NCBI GenBank assembly: GCA_002269645.1
Contig: NIVC01004285.1
Span: 1 to 51,804, forward strand
Direction: 5' to 3'
Source: Macrostomum lignano
Lineage: Eukaryota
DNA length: 51,804 nucleotides
Numbering within the stretch: position 1 is the stretch's first letter; each line of letters begins with the position of its first letter. This document shows positions 32,239-51,134 of the stretch, one piece after another. The notes under the pieces are model-generated. The model did not search any database and was not told where the DNA came from. It saw only the letters and a program-made list of their open reading frames with translations. Position numbers and translations under genes: made by a program.

Positions 32239-33498
32239 TGTTATAGATGGGGTTTTTCTCTGGATGGCCTGGTAGGTCTTTGAATCCCACCGCTGCCACC
32301 AGTGAAATAGATGGGGTTTTTCTCGGGGTGGCCTGGTAGGTCTTTGAATCCCACCGCTGCCACCAGTGAAGTACAAGCTGGGGTTTTCTTGGGGTGGCCT
32401 GGTAGGTCTTTGAATCCCACCGCTGCCACCAGTGAAATAGATGGGGTTTTTCTCGGGGTGGCCTGGTAGGTCTTTGAATCCCACCGCTGCCACCAGTGAA
32501 ATAGAATGGGTTTTCTTCCCGGTTTAGGCACTTAAGATTACCTTAAGTCTCGAGCCTCTTCAGAGGGAAGTTCTCTCAAATCTCAGTAGCGTAGGTAGTG
32601 CTACCACCAGTTCCTTCAGGTCTCGGCCTTCGGTGAGGTGAGCTTCCCGTCGGAACGAAATAACGAAGTCAACGAACACAGCACCTAGTGCAGAATTGCA
32701 GTTCAACGTACTAGGCGTCTCGTCAGCAGTACCTGCCAGGCTTGGATGGCAGAGGGAGGGCTGAGTTAGTCTCTCGTAGGCTGGCTTGGTCGGGTTCAGA
32801 CAGACCAATAAGAACGGATTCAATAAACGCAGTCGGGCGCTCAGTTCAGATGCTAACGCACACGGGTCTTAGAACTCGGGAAATCAAGAACTGACACTAA
32901 GCAGAAACGAGACTCCTTGACGGAAACAAGGGGGAGAGGGGTCCTATTTATAGCCGGGAAACGCCCGCGCACAAGACCTCGTGACTTGTTCTATTTTTAG
33001 AACTGACGTCACTCGAGAGTCTTAGGCAGGGTACAAGCGTGCGGAAGACCTCGTGACTTGTTCTATTTTTAGAACTGACGTCACTTGAGGTCCCCGGCCA
33101 GAGTACACGCGGCTGTGACTCAGTTGCTATTTTTAGCAACATGAGTCACTCCTCTCCTTAGAGAAGGGAGGGGTCCGAAAACACGTGACTCACCCGGTAA
33201 ACAGGGCCAACGAGTGCAGTAAACATGTTTACTGCACTTTAAGACTCAAAGAACGCAAGAACTGTCATGTGACTTGCTCACAAGACAGGGAAAACGGGAC
33301 GGGAGCGAAACAGAGACAGCCCACAGTCGAGAGACTGAGGGCTGAGAATGGAAACGCAGCAGGGCGGAAAGGACACGGGGGCAACAGGCAAGCGAAAGGA
33401 GGGCGGGAAGCTGACCAGCGGCAGACAGCAACCCAAAGGGAGGGCGAGGGAACGGCTGACAAGGGTGACGCCTAGCCATAAACTAGCGGCTCACTACA
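32239..33498 (-). repeat. 5' LTR
   Basis: TG...CA on the minus strand, same length as the 3' LTR, PBS array at 32239-32515. Confidence 0.95.
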
Positions 33499-34566
33499 GT
33501 TAGATATTAGATACTTATTAAAGTGCAACATAGTTTATTATCACTAGCTACTTTGCCATACTCCAGAAAGCATAGATCATGCCATCATGCCAGAACATTC
33601 TGGTGTGCATTTGGTTTGGCCTAAAATTGTGGTGTCCATTGGTATATATTTGGGTATTGAATGCCAAAAGTAGCATATTGGCATGCTATGGCATAGAATG
33701 TCATATGGCATATGTCATATAGCATAGAATAGCTGGCATAGAATATGGCGTGGCATGATTATAATAGTAGGGCATATCTTGTTGAGACAAAAAAATTGTG
33801 AAAAGACATGGTATTGTTAAAAAAGAATTCTTTTTTCTTAGTTTTATTGCAAAATGGCAAGTAAATTTTAATTTGCCAAAAAAGAAATTTAGTAAATTTG
33901 CATTTTATAATTGTTTTTTAAAGTTAAAGGTGTTTTTTGTAGTACATTTTTAAACATAAAAAGTTGCATGTTTTTTCTGTACCTATTAGTTTGTTTTACA
34001 TATGTGCAACTGCTAAAAAGGTATTTTATTGTTGCAACTACAAAAAGTCATTTATTGTTGCAATTGCTAAAAGTAAGTTGGTGTTGATATGCATTTGCTT
34101 GGCACTAGTGTGCATTTACATGGTACTGACATACATTGATTCAGAGCATTCTAGCAGGCACTCAACATGATCATGACATGACTATGGCTATTTTGCAATA
34201 TCAAATCACTTTGGCTACACTAGTTTAGTGCCTAATTGAATCCTTAATATTGCCCTTGTGTTAAATTTACTTTGATGCAATTTTTTTAGTGGAATTAATA
34301 TAGATTTACAATTATTTAATAGTAGTATAATATATTGAATAGTATGCAGTGTAACAATGTTTTATTATATATTACAATTTCTAAAAGGCTAAATACAATT
34401 AGCAGTCATTCTACTAAGGATTAGGGTCTAGGATAGACAAGTCCTAAGAGCAAATAGGAAGAGAACTTTAAAACAATTTAAATAAATGGTTGCAATTCCT
34501 ATTGGAATAAGTTAACAAATCGTGGATGGCCATCTGTCACATTTTCAACATTTTCTATTGTTGCAT

Positions 34567-34747
34567 TGCAGTCATACATGGGCAACTTTGGGAATCACCT
34601 GGCCGTTTCTATTGGCAACACATACATGTAAGTCGCTATTGGCTGAGAGCAGTCACGTGACTACTATTCCGTCCCGCTACTTACATATGCATGTTGCCAA
34701 TAGAAACGGCTGAGTGAATCCCAAGGTTGCGCCCAAGCATGATTGCA
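34567..34747. repeat. ~180-bp imperfect hairpin (MITE-like) centred on AGTCACGTGACT
   Basis: Arms such as GCCGTTTCTATTGGCAACA / TGTTGCCAATAGAAACGGC and ACATGTAAGT / ACTTACATAT. Confidence 0.65.
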
Positions 34748-35182
34748 GTGGAAGGGTGGTTGTGGTTGATGGGTGGTGGAGCTAGAAGTGTGGCGCCTGT
34801 GCAACACCACAGGAGTAACATACTCATTGTTTAAGACTTTAGGTATATAGTTTCAGAATGTTTACTTTATTTTCTGGGTTTTTTATCAATCATTATTTGT
34901 CTTTTTCCACTATGCTTCATAATTTTTCAAATCATAATTTTTTGCATTGTGATGTATTTTTTCATGCTTTTGTCGCGTGTGTTGCACATTTAAACTACTT
35001 TTTTGCACGTGTTGCATATCTGTGGGTTTTTGAAACTTATTCCAATTGGGGTTGTAAATTTGTAATTGATATAATATTCTAGTTTGGAGTTACATTCAGT
35101 AGAGTGTATTATAGTCAAAATGTTCAAAATAAACAAATCACAGATGGTTGAAAAATGTTAAAAAATTTATTTTCTAATTATA

Positions 35183-35784
35183 ATGGCAGACGGATTGCAC
35201 AACATGGAACAGTCTGAAGCTGTGCAGCAGTGGCGAGCCCAGTTCGAGGCCAAGATAAGCGAGAAAAACGCCTCCGAGGTGGCGGCCATGGATCAGTGGC
35301 GCCGGGCCGCCGCCCAGGAGTTCTCCGCTTGGCTGCGCAACCACGAGGACGAGCTGGCTAGGAATAAGAGGCTTAATCGGGACAGTCAGGAAGCTTATCT
35401 TCAAGATAGGGAGCAGGGAGCTCATGGTTGGTGCTGTTTTGAGCGGTTGCTGTCTTGCTCTCATGGGCAAGGGGATGGTTTTCAGCCCGTGTGTGTGTTT
35501 AGGGGATGGGATTCAGCCTGTGTGTGTGTTTAGGGATGGGATTCAGCCTGTGTGTGTTTAGTGGATGGGATTCAGCCTGTGTGTGTTTAGTGGATAGGAT
35601 TCGTTTTAATTTCAACACCAGACTGCATTTTCCCCAACGCCGCACCAACACAGGAGGAGAGTGGCACCGCGTGGCCATTCTGTGCGACCTCGCCGCCAAA
35701 TCTGGTGCCGCCGCCAGGCCGTCGCTGCCGGCAAAAGACGTGAGCAGGATGCGCGGAATTCTCGGCCGGTTGGGTGCCGAGTAG
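35183..35784 (+). CDS. CLTA: Clathrin light chain (exons ~35183-35426 and 35654-35784; N-terminal exon(s) not identified)
   Basis: EAVQQWRAQFEAKISEK..WRRAAAQEFSAW..NRDSQEAYL splices via GT..AG (phase 1) to GEWHRVAILCD..KDVSRMRGIL, matching the light-chain EWERVA.LCD..KDVSRMRS motif. Confidence 0.88.
35481..35600. repeat. ~30-bp minisatellite in the clathrin light chain intron
   Basis: GATGGGATTCAGCCTGTGTGTGTTTAG about 4 times. Confidence 0.8.
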
Positions 35785-37729
35785 AAAGGCACGTCGTTGG
35801 TTGAATTTAATTTTATCAACTCATAATTCATTTGAGTTATAATTTGTTATAATCAGCTGCTCCGTGATAAATACGTTTGTGCTTATTGATTTTAAAGCTC
35901 TGTTTAATACAGCTCGTAGTTACAAGTATTAAAATTTTCTGTTAGAATATAGCACACACACACACAGACACACACATCTCAAGAAAAGCACATCAGTACT
36001 CGTAATTAAATGTACATGCAGGTAGTCGCTTTCTTCGTTGTCACAGCAACGGAATAGTTCTACACTATTTTGTAGTTAGCGTTACTCAATATTAGCATTT
36101 CGTTCTTTAAATCTGTTGTGATCAGCTTTTATATTAATTTACGCTTTTATCGGCATAATAATACCAAGTACTTGTACTTGTACAATTCATTCATTGCTAT
36201 TATTTGTTATCTGTTCGAGAATCTGCAATTGTAGCTTTCATGTAATTTACAGCTTTTGTTTCTGAATTAGTACAATACATATAAAAATAAATTTACATTA
36301 CTTGTTTACAATAGAAAAAGTAGGTATTTAATTTCATATAATTATATATATAATTTTATATTGATTTTTTGTTCTGTCATGCGTGTTTTAATTTTCCAAA
36401 GTAAATTAATCAATCATAAGTAAATTAATTTTAATTATGTATATACTTGAAGTATACGTTACAGATAGAGACGATAAAATTGTTTCTTAAGTGCTGCGAG
36501 ACAATTGTAATCGGCGTATACCATTCAATTGGCTTTCAGAATAGGCAGCAGAACCCTCTGCTATTTTAAGACCAGCGTTCGTAAGATAAGTTCGTAAGAC
36601 CAGAGCATACTATGCTCCTCGTCTAAGAAATTCTTTACTGGCCGTCGTTTACATGTAAATAGGCATTTGTGCTTGTGTAACTGTTACGAGCATGGGCTAA
36701 TAAAGTCGACTTGCGCACTAGTGATTCGACAAGTACATATTACTACTCCAGTAGCCATGGTTACGAGCAAATATTATAGGGACTGTACTGTAGAAATGAA
36801 GAGACCGATAGTCCGCCAAAAACTATTTGGAGCTGAGGCTCAAGCGAGACGATATCAAAACGTAAAGCGTAAACCGTACACAGGGCTAATAAGCTCTCTC
36901 GATGATATATATATTGCAGTCAGTCAGAATCAGCCAGCGTGGAGGGGGGTGGGTGAGATGGGCCTGGGCTAAATCAGCGTACATAGAAAATTGAATAATA
37001 AACACGTACGTACATTAAATCACGCAGTGGAATTGGAAAGAAAATCTAAATATACTAAATCTCTAAGGTTTGTATGTTTGAATGCTTGTCCATAACGCTC
37101 TAGAGATCGCAATTCTTCACCGATTTTGATCGTGTTTTCGCCAAAAGATTCAAATCTAAATATACTAAATCTTCTAATATACTAAAAATGTGATGTCTAT
37201 ATATATGTGATAGATTAGAGAAAAAATGGCTGGACCGATTTTGTTCGAACTTGCACTGTTCGATCAGAAATTTTCCCGTGACTGTACATGCATCGTGGCT
37301 AAGAAATTGCTCGATGCTAAAGGCATTAAATATTCGAAAAACATGCTTTTTTTGCAAAGGTCAAGCAAACTTTTTGACTTGAAATGCATTGTAAGAATGC
37401 TAGAGAAAAAACTGACTGGTTGAATTCTGACTCTGAAATAGATTGCATCATAACTGAATTGTAACTCCGACTTGAATTGAAAATGCAGTGTGGAAGCGTA
37501 GCACCAGACTTGATTTAAATTGCGTAACCATATTGTTAACTGATACTGACTGACTGAGAAACTGATTATGTCATAACTGCTTCGTGTGATTTACTCTATG
37601 CTTGGATTTAAAAGTGTTGAGTTATATGCAGTGACGATGGTTTGAATTTTCATAGAGTATAATTTTTTTAATTAAAGCTTTTCAACGTCAGGAAAACTAA
37701 AAGACTTTTTAAAAAGAAGCCTCATGTAA

Positions 37730-37960
37730 AAATCATAGAAGCGTCATTTACAAAATCATAGAAGCATCATTTAAAAAATCATAGAAGCGTCATTTACAAA
37801 ATCATAGAAGCATCATTTAAAAAATCATAGAAGCGTCATGTAAACAATCATAGAAGCGTCATGTAAACAATCATAGAAGCGTCATGTAAAAAATCGTAGA
37901 AGCGTCATGTAAACAATCATAGAAGCGTCAAGAAAAAATCATAGAAGCCTCATTTAAAAC
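37730..37960. repeat. 21-22 bp minisatellite (AAAAATCATAGAAGCGTCATGT) in Helitron copy 1
   Basis: About 10 tandem units. Confidence 0.9.
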
Positions 37961-38850
37961 TAATGAGAGTGTCATTTAAAAAATTAAGAAGCGTCACGGT
38001 AGAATAAAAGAAACGTCATGTCAGACATGAAGGTGTCATGTAAAAATTAAATGCAATTATAGTGCTGTGCTGGGGAGAAAAACTGAGACGTAAAGGCTCT
38101 CAGAGAATAACTGAGATTACGGGGGGGGGGTTTCTGAGATGTCAAAGCAAAAGTCAGAAGCTACTTCAAAGTTCATGTACTTTACTCCATTTTTTATTGC
38201 ATTCTTTGTTGGCTCGTCACGGGGGGGCGCTGATAGAAGAAAAGTCATGTAAAAAATAAAAGTAGCACTATGTATACATAAAAGAAAGTCATGTCGAAGT
38301 TAAAAGATTCATTTGGGAATTGCTACGATGTCAAAGCTTGGTGGAAATCGTTATAGTGCTGTGATTCTTAAAGAAAGAATCACTAAAATGTCAAGGCTTA
38401 GGGGAGAAGAATTGCTGAGATTTCAAGGCTTTAGGTTGGGTTAAAGTAAGGTTTAGGTCAGGTGTGGGTTGAGGGTTATATTTTATCGGGTTTCAAGGTT
38501 AACAGGGGATTTTTTAGATTTCAAGGTTTATGGGGGCCATTGCTGACATGTCAAGGCTTACGGGGGGAATAGCTGAGATGTCAAGGCTCACGGGGGTATA
38601 AATGAGATTTCAAAGCTAAAGTCAGAAGCTACATGTAGTTTATTGAAAACTTTTTATTACATTATTTGATGCCTCCTCAGGGGAGGGATCGCTGATAAAA
38701 AAACGTAATGTAAAAAATAAAAGAAGCTTCATGTCGAAGTTAAGAGATTCATTTGGGAATCCCTACGATGTTGAGGCTTGCAAGGAATCGCTATATTGCT
38801 GTAGTAGTGCTATAATGACTCTTAGAGAGAATTACTGAAATTTCAATGCT

Positions 38851-38918
38851 TTAGGGTTAGGTTAGGGTTAGGGTTAGGGTTAGGGTTAGGGTTAGGGTTA
38901 GGCTAGGGTTAGGGTTAG
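38851..38918 (+). repeat. Interstitial telomeric repeat (TTAGGG)n inside Helitron copy 1
   Basis: About 11 units with two variants. Confidence 0.9.
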
Positions 38919-41509
38919 AAGGTTGACAGATATTTTTAGATTTCCAAGGCTTATTGGGGGCATTGCTGAGATGTCAAGGGGGGAAGTTGATATGTTAAAG
39001 CTTGTGGGGGGATAACTGACATGTCAAGGCTTACAAGGTTTGACAGGAGATTTTTTAAGATTTCAAGGATACATGTAGCTTATTAAAAAAACGTGTATTG
39101 CATTTCTTTGGCTCCCCAACGGGGGGCGTAGATTGCTAGTCAATGCTACTAATCTACCTCCCAAACAGTGACATTCATTACAGTAATAACTTCAAGAGTA
39201 CGTAAAAATAATGTTATTACAGTGAGTTGTGTAAATTCAATGAGGGAAAATAATCCAAACCACAGCTTTTGGTTGTACATTGGAATTTTTCACGTGGATA
39301 TGATTTTCTGTTGCCACAATTCTTTCGGCTTGTACGTGTCTGTTGCAAGGGTTTTAACAATATGTAACGTTTTTAATAGTTTTCCATTTGTAAGAAAAGC
39401 CACTAAGATAATAAAAAGTGTGTTTTTGCGTTTTTCAAAACAGAAAGTGAGTAAAATATAGCATAAAAAAACAGTATAGTTTTCGTGATTTTTCTATCTG
39501 TTTACTCATATCTTTCCTCGAAAGTAAGGTTCTGACTGGTACCTTGGCGTGTACTGATCGTTAACTGACTTCGAATCACTTTCGATTACGCTGTTCTAGC
39601 ATTTCTCGTACTTCTTAGTGGACTGTCGAGAATGTAGTCTTTCTTGTACTTCGCACTCAACAATAATACCAAAAATTAAGTTTACATTCGATACGTCCAA
39701 ACATTCTCTGTAAATAATATAATACTACAATACTACATCATGACATGATGACTGATGTAGTAATATATTAAATTTTCGTTCAGCTGAGCCGCTAGAATAT
39801 AACTCCTTGTTTGACTTAGTCTTAAGCTAGATTACGCTGAAACCAGCGGCTTAATATATGGAACTAATGGGCTGGTTTCATGAAAAAAGTATTGTATATT
39901 TTCACTAATACTTGTACTGTATTGTATTTTACATTCATATAATTTTTTGATGGTCACTTTCAGAAATATTTCTATGTCATATTTAGTTTAATCTTTAATG
40001 GCCAACTCTATATTTAAATAGAGTTGCAATAAAAGTGAAAAATAATATTTTAAGTGTCACTAGTTTATGCTAGTGATTTTTTTTGTTAATTTCTAAGACT
40101 GATACCAAAGAACAATTAAAATTTATAATAGCCTAAAACAATTTAATTTTTAAATTCAAAAGTAAATTGTTGATCCTAATTAATTAGATTTATTTATTTA
40201 ATAGGGCCTATGCAATTATTAATGTTAGTTTTAGCAATTTTTTTATTTGCTATTTTTTGTCCAAGTTAATATATAAATATTGGTCACATATAAAAGCAGT
40301 CAATGCAACTGGCAATTGTACTTCAAAAATATAAATGTGGGCTTGTAGTAAATACTTTTAAATGTATCTCCCATTATATTAGTGTTTCATTGACAATTGT
40401 TCTTTTCATTACATTTCCTATATTGCATGATTTTAACACTATCAAAAAGTTCTATAAAGGCCTAGTTTTCAAAGCAGATTTATGTGTATATATAATTATT
40501 AGAATTCTTACTCTTGCTTTTGCTGCTATATTTTTCATTTTTGTTTCTACAGTACAGAAGCTTTTGAAGGTGCTGATCTTAAAATGAAGTCTCATTGCTA
40601 TATAACTTTGAACTAAATCCTTTTAGCTTCAAAGCATCCACTAGGACATGGGGAATAAGAGTTTAGGGCAGGGATATTTTTTATAGGGATTGATTTTATA
40701 TATATATATATTTCACTAGAAGCTGATTTTGTATCTTTAGACTATAAGGCCTATAGCTACAAATGCTGAAACATACTGGACATACACAGTCATCATTAAA
40801 CAGATTTTGGGAAGAAGCAATTGAATTTATTTAAGCATTTAGTTTTTCTTATCAGTCTGTGACAAAAAGTTTCATAGAAAATTAAAAAGCATTTTATATA
40901 CCAATGTTTCATCCTATATACTAAAAATGAAAATCTTGCTTGCTTGCTTGTAATCGATTAGAGAAAAAATGGCTGGACCGATTTTCATGAGACTTGCACT
41001 GTTTGATCAGAAATTTTCCCGTGACGGTACATGCATCTTGGCTAAGAAATTGCTCCATGTTAAAGCGATTAAATATTCGAAAAACATGCTTTTTTGCAAA
41101 GGTCAAGCAAACTTTTCGACTTGAAATGCATTGTAAGAATGCTAGAGAAAAAACTGACTGGTTGAATTCTGATTCTGAAATGGATTGCATCATAACTGAA
41201 TTGTAACTCTGACTTGAATTGAAAATGCAGTGTGGAAGCGTAGCACCAGACTTGATTTAAATTGCGTAACCATATTGTTAACTGATACTGACTGACTGAG
41301 AAATTGATTATGTCATAACTGCCTCGTGTGATTTACTCCATGCTTGGAGTTTTGAAACTTATAATTATAAGTGCTAAAATTCATATTATCAAAACGATGA
41401 GAGCTAGCCTAGAGGTAAACAGACTGACTGCTAAATGCAGGGACGATGGTTCGAATTTTGAGAGAGTGGAATTTTTTTAATTAAAGCTTTTTAACACCAA
41501 GAAGAAAAC

Positions 41510-42860
41510 TAAAAAATTATAGAAGCGTCATGTAAAAAATCATAGAAGCGTCCTGCAGAAATCGTAGAAGCATCATGTAAAAATCATAGAAGCGTCATGT
41601 AAAAAATCGTGGAAGCGTCATGAAAATATCATAGAAGCGTCATGTAAAAAATCATAGAAGCGTCATGAAAATATCATAGAAGCGTCATGTAAAAATCATA
41701 GAAGCGTCATGTAAACAATCATAGAAGCGTCATGTAAAAAATCATAGAAGCGTCATGTAAACAATCATAGAAGCGTCATGTAAAAAATCATAGAAGCGTC
41801 ATGTAAACAATCATAGAAGCGTCATGTAAAAAATCATAGAAGCGTCATGTAAACAATCATAGAAGCGTCATGTAAAAAATCATAGAAGCGTCATGTAAAC
41901 AATCATAGAAGCGTCATGCAAAAAATCATAGAAGTGTCATGTAAAAAATCATGGAAGCGTCATGTAAAAATCATAGAAGCGTCATGAAAAAATCATAGAA
42001 GTGTCATGTAAAAAATCATGGAAGCGTCATGTAAAAAATCATAGAAGCGTCATGTAAAAATCATAGAAGCGTCATGTAAAAAGCATAGAAGCGTCATGTA
42101 AAAAATCATGGAAGCGTCATGTAAAAATCATAGTAGCGTCATGTAAAAAATCATAGAAGCGTCATGAAAAAATCATAGAAGCGTCATGAAAAAAACATAG
42201 GAGCGTCATGAAATAATCATAGAAGCGTCATGTAAAAAGCATAGAAGCGTCATGTAAAAAATCATGGAAGCGTCATGTAAAAATCATAGTAGCGTCATGT
42301 AAAAATCATAGAAGCGTCATGAAAAAATCATAGAAACGTCATGAAAAAAACATAGGAGCGTCATGAAAAAATCATAGAAGCGTCATGAAAAAAACATAGG
42401 AGCGTCATGAAAAAATCATAGAAACGTCATGTAAAAATCATAGAAGAGTCATGTAAAAATCATAGAATCGTCATATAAAAAGCATAGAAGCGTCATATAA
42501 ACAATCACAGAAGCGTCATGAAAAAATCATGGAAGCGTCATGTAAAAATCATAGAAGTGTCATGTAAAAAATCATGGAAGCGTCATGAAAAAATCATAGA
42601 AGCGTCATGAAAAAATCATAGGAGCGTCATGAAAAAATCATAGAAGCATCATGTAAAAATCATAGAAGCGTCCTGCAGAAATCGTAGAAGCATCATGTAA
42701 ACAACCATAGAAGCTTCATGTAAACAATCATCGAAGCGTTATGAAATAATCATAGAAGCGTCATGTAAAAAGCACAGAAGCGTCATGTAAAAAGCATAAA
42801 AGCGTCATGTAAACAATCATAGAAGCGTCATGAAAAAATCATAGAAGCCTCATTTAAAAA
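41510..42860. repeat. Same 21-22 bp minisatellite in Helitron copy 2
   Basis: About 60 tandem units. Confidence 0.95.
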
Positions 42861-43733
42861 CTAATGAAAGCGTCATTTAAAAAATTAAGAAGCATCATGG
42901 AAGAATAAAAGAAGTGTAATGTAAAAATCAAAAGAAGCGTCATGTCAGACATGAAGGATGTCATGTAAAAATGAAATGCAGCTATAATGCTGTGCTGGGA
43001 AGAAAAACTGAGACGTAAAGGCTCTCAGAGAATAACTGAGATTACGAGGGGGGGTTGTTTCTGGGATCTCAAAGCAAAAGTCAGAAGCTACTTCAAAGTT
43101 CATGTACTTTACTCAATTTTTTATTGCATTCTTTGTTGGCTCGCCATTGGGGGGGGGTGCTGATAGAAGAAGAGTCATGTAAAAAATAAAAGTAGCACTA
43201 TGTATACATAAAAGACAAGTCATGTCGAAGTTAAAAGATTCATTTGGGAATTGCTACGATGTCAAAGCTTGGTGGAAATCGTTATAGTGCTGTGATTCTT
43301 AAAGAAGGAATCACTAAAATGTCAAGGCTTAGGGGAGAAGAATTGCTGAGATTTCAAGGCTTTAGGTTGGGTTAAAGTTAGGTTTAGGTCAGGTGTGGGT
43401 TGAGGGTTATATTTTATCGGGTTTCAAGGTTAACAGTGGATTTTTTAGATTTCAAGGTTTATGGGGGCCATCGCTGACATGTCAAGGCTTACGGACGGGG
43501 GGGGGGAATAGCTGAGATGTCAAGGCTCACGGGGGTATAAATGAGATTTCAAGGCTAAAGTCAGAAGCTACATGTAGTTTATTGAAAACTTTTTATTACA
43601 TTATTTGATGCCTCCTCAGGCGAGGGATCGCTGATAAAAAAAGCGTTATGTAAAAAATAAAAGAAGCTTATCGCTATAATGCTGTAGTAGTGCTATAATG
43701 ACTCTTAGAGAGAATTACTGAAATTTCAATGCT

Positions 43734-43766
43734 TTAGGGTTAGGTTAGGGTTAGGGTTAGGGTTAG
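43734..43766 (+). repeat. Interstitial telomeric repeat (TTAGGG)n inside Helitron copy 2
   Basis: About 5 units at the homologous position. Confidence 0.88.
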
Positions 43767-44148
43767 AAGGTTGACAGATATTTTTAGATTTCCAAGGCTT
43801 ATTGGGGGCATTGCTGAGATGTCAAGGGGGGAAGTTGATATGTTAAAGCTGGGGGGGGGAATTACTGACATGTCAAGGCTTACAAGGTTTGACAGGAGAT
43901 TTTTTAAGATTTCAAGGATGCATGTAGCTTATTAAAAAAACGTGTATAGCATTTCTTTGGCTCCCCAACGGGGGGCGTAGATTGCTAGTAAGTATATTAA
44001 AAGTCTTCAATATTAAGTAGAATCTCAGTTTTAGCATTATCTATAAAACATTAATTTGCTATTTCATATGCTTCTTTTATTTTCTTATTTTCAGAGAAAA
44101 ACATGATAAAATAGAAAACACTGCCATTACCAGTAATAACAATCAGCG

Positions 44149-50250
<6,102 letters not shown>

Positions 50251-50257
50251 GTGAGCT

Positions 50258-50259
50258 AG

Positions 50260-50346
<87 letters not shown>

Positions 50347-50347
50347 C

Positions 50348-50386
<39 letters not shown>

Positions 50387-50545
50387 CTTATCTATCTATC
50401 TATCTATCTACTTATCGATCTATCTATCTATCTACTTATCGATCTATCTATCTATCTACCTACCTATCTATTTATCTATCCATCTATCTATCTATCTATC
50501 TATCTATCTATTTATCTATCTATCTACCTATCCATCTATCTATCA
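50258..50545. repeat. (TATC)n microsatellite
   Basis: Direct observation; begins just after the donor site at 50251. Confidence 0.97.
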
Positions 50546-51134
50546 TATATTTATTTAGATCTATACCAGCTTATAAGAATCATAGTAAATGAATTAGCAT
50601 TTTATTCTTTAAAACGAGTCCCTTTCTCTGCAATCAGACCCTACTCAGCCACACCGCTGCCACATGCCGATATCGCATTCGCCTTTCACGTTTTCCCTGC
50701 CTGCCCCAACCCGCTTCGCTCCTTGCCTCAGGGCCTCCCAGCTGACTGTCCCCGCCCTTTCTCCTTTCTCTTCTGCAGAAAAAGTGCGGAAAAGAAATCC
50801 TGAGAGTCGAAACAGGCGTCACCTCACGGAGCGGCGGGAGGGTGGGGGTGCCAGGGCTGGCTTGGGTCTTTCAGTCTGCAATTTTAATCTCTAATGCTCA
50901 CGCGGCATTGGCTGCAGAGCTCCAGGCGAGAGCGGAGAGGCAGACAGACAGACTGAGAGGTTTCGAGAGTTCGCTCTCTCGCTCTTTTATACTTAGAACA
51001 AAATAAACGGAGCCTATACACGGTTGTTGTTCTATTGAAATCTGTTTATAGTGAGCTAATAAGCTAGTTGAGGCCATTGATTTCTATGCAGGCTAGGGGA
51101 GTAGTTTAACAAAAAGCTCCTAGTGATTATGCAG

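Larger units (their letters stand above)
22575..33498 (-). mobile_element. Ty3/Gypsy LTR retrotransposon, full length (10.9 kb)
   Basis: Two 1260-bp LTRs, 4-bp TSD GTTA (22571-22574 and 33499-33502), PBS, PPT, gag and pol with PR-RT-RH-IN order. Confidence 0.97.
37170..39139 (+). mobile_element. Non-autonomous Helitron, copy 1
   Basis: 5' TC after A; conserved GGCTGGACCGATTTT core; 3' CCCCAACGGGGGG hairpin then CTAG followed by T. A second Helitron-like 5' fragment precedes it (about 37046-37170). Confidence 0.8.
40912..43988 (+). mobile_element. Non-autonomous Helitron, copy 2 (expanded minisatellite)
   Basis: A|TCCTATATACTAAAAATG ... hairpin-CTAG|T; collinear with copy 1. Confidence 0.85.

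Noticed and set aside
38851-38918. True chromosome end or telomere fusion
   Set aside because: Short, single-orientation tract embedded at the same position in two Helitron copies.
37170-43988. Simple segmental tandem duplication
   Set aside because: Homology stops exactly at the Helitron TC and CTAG termini and the flanks differ.
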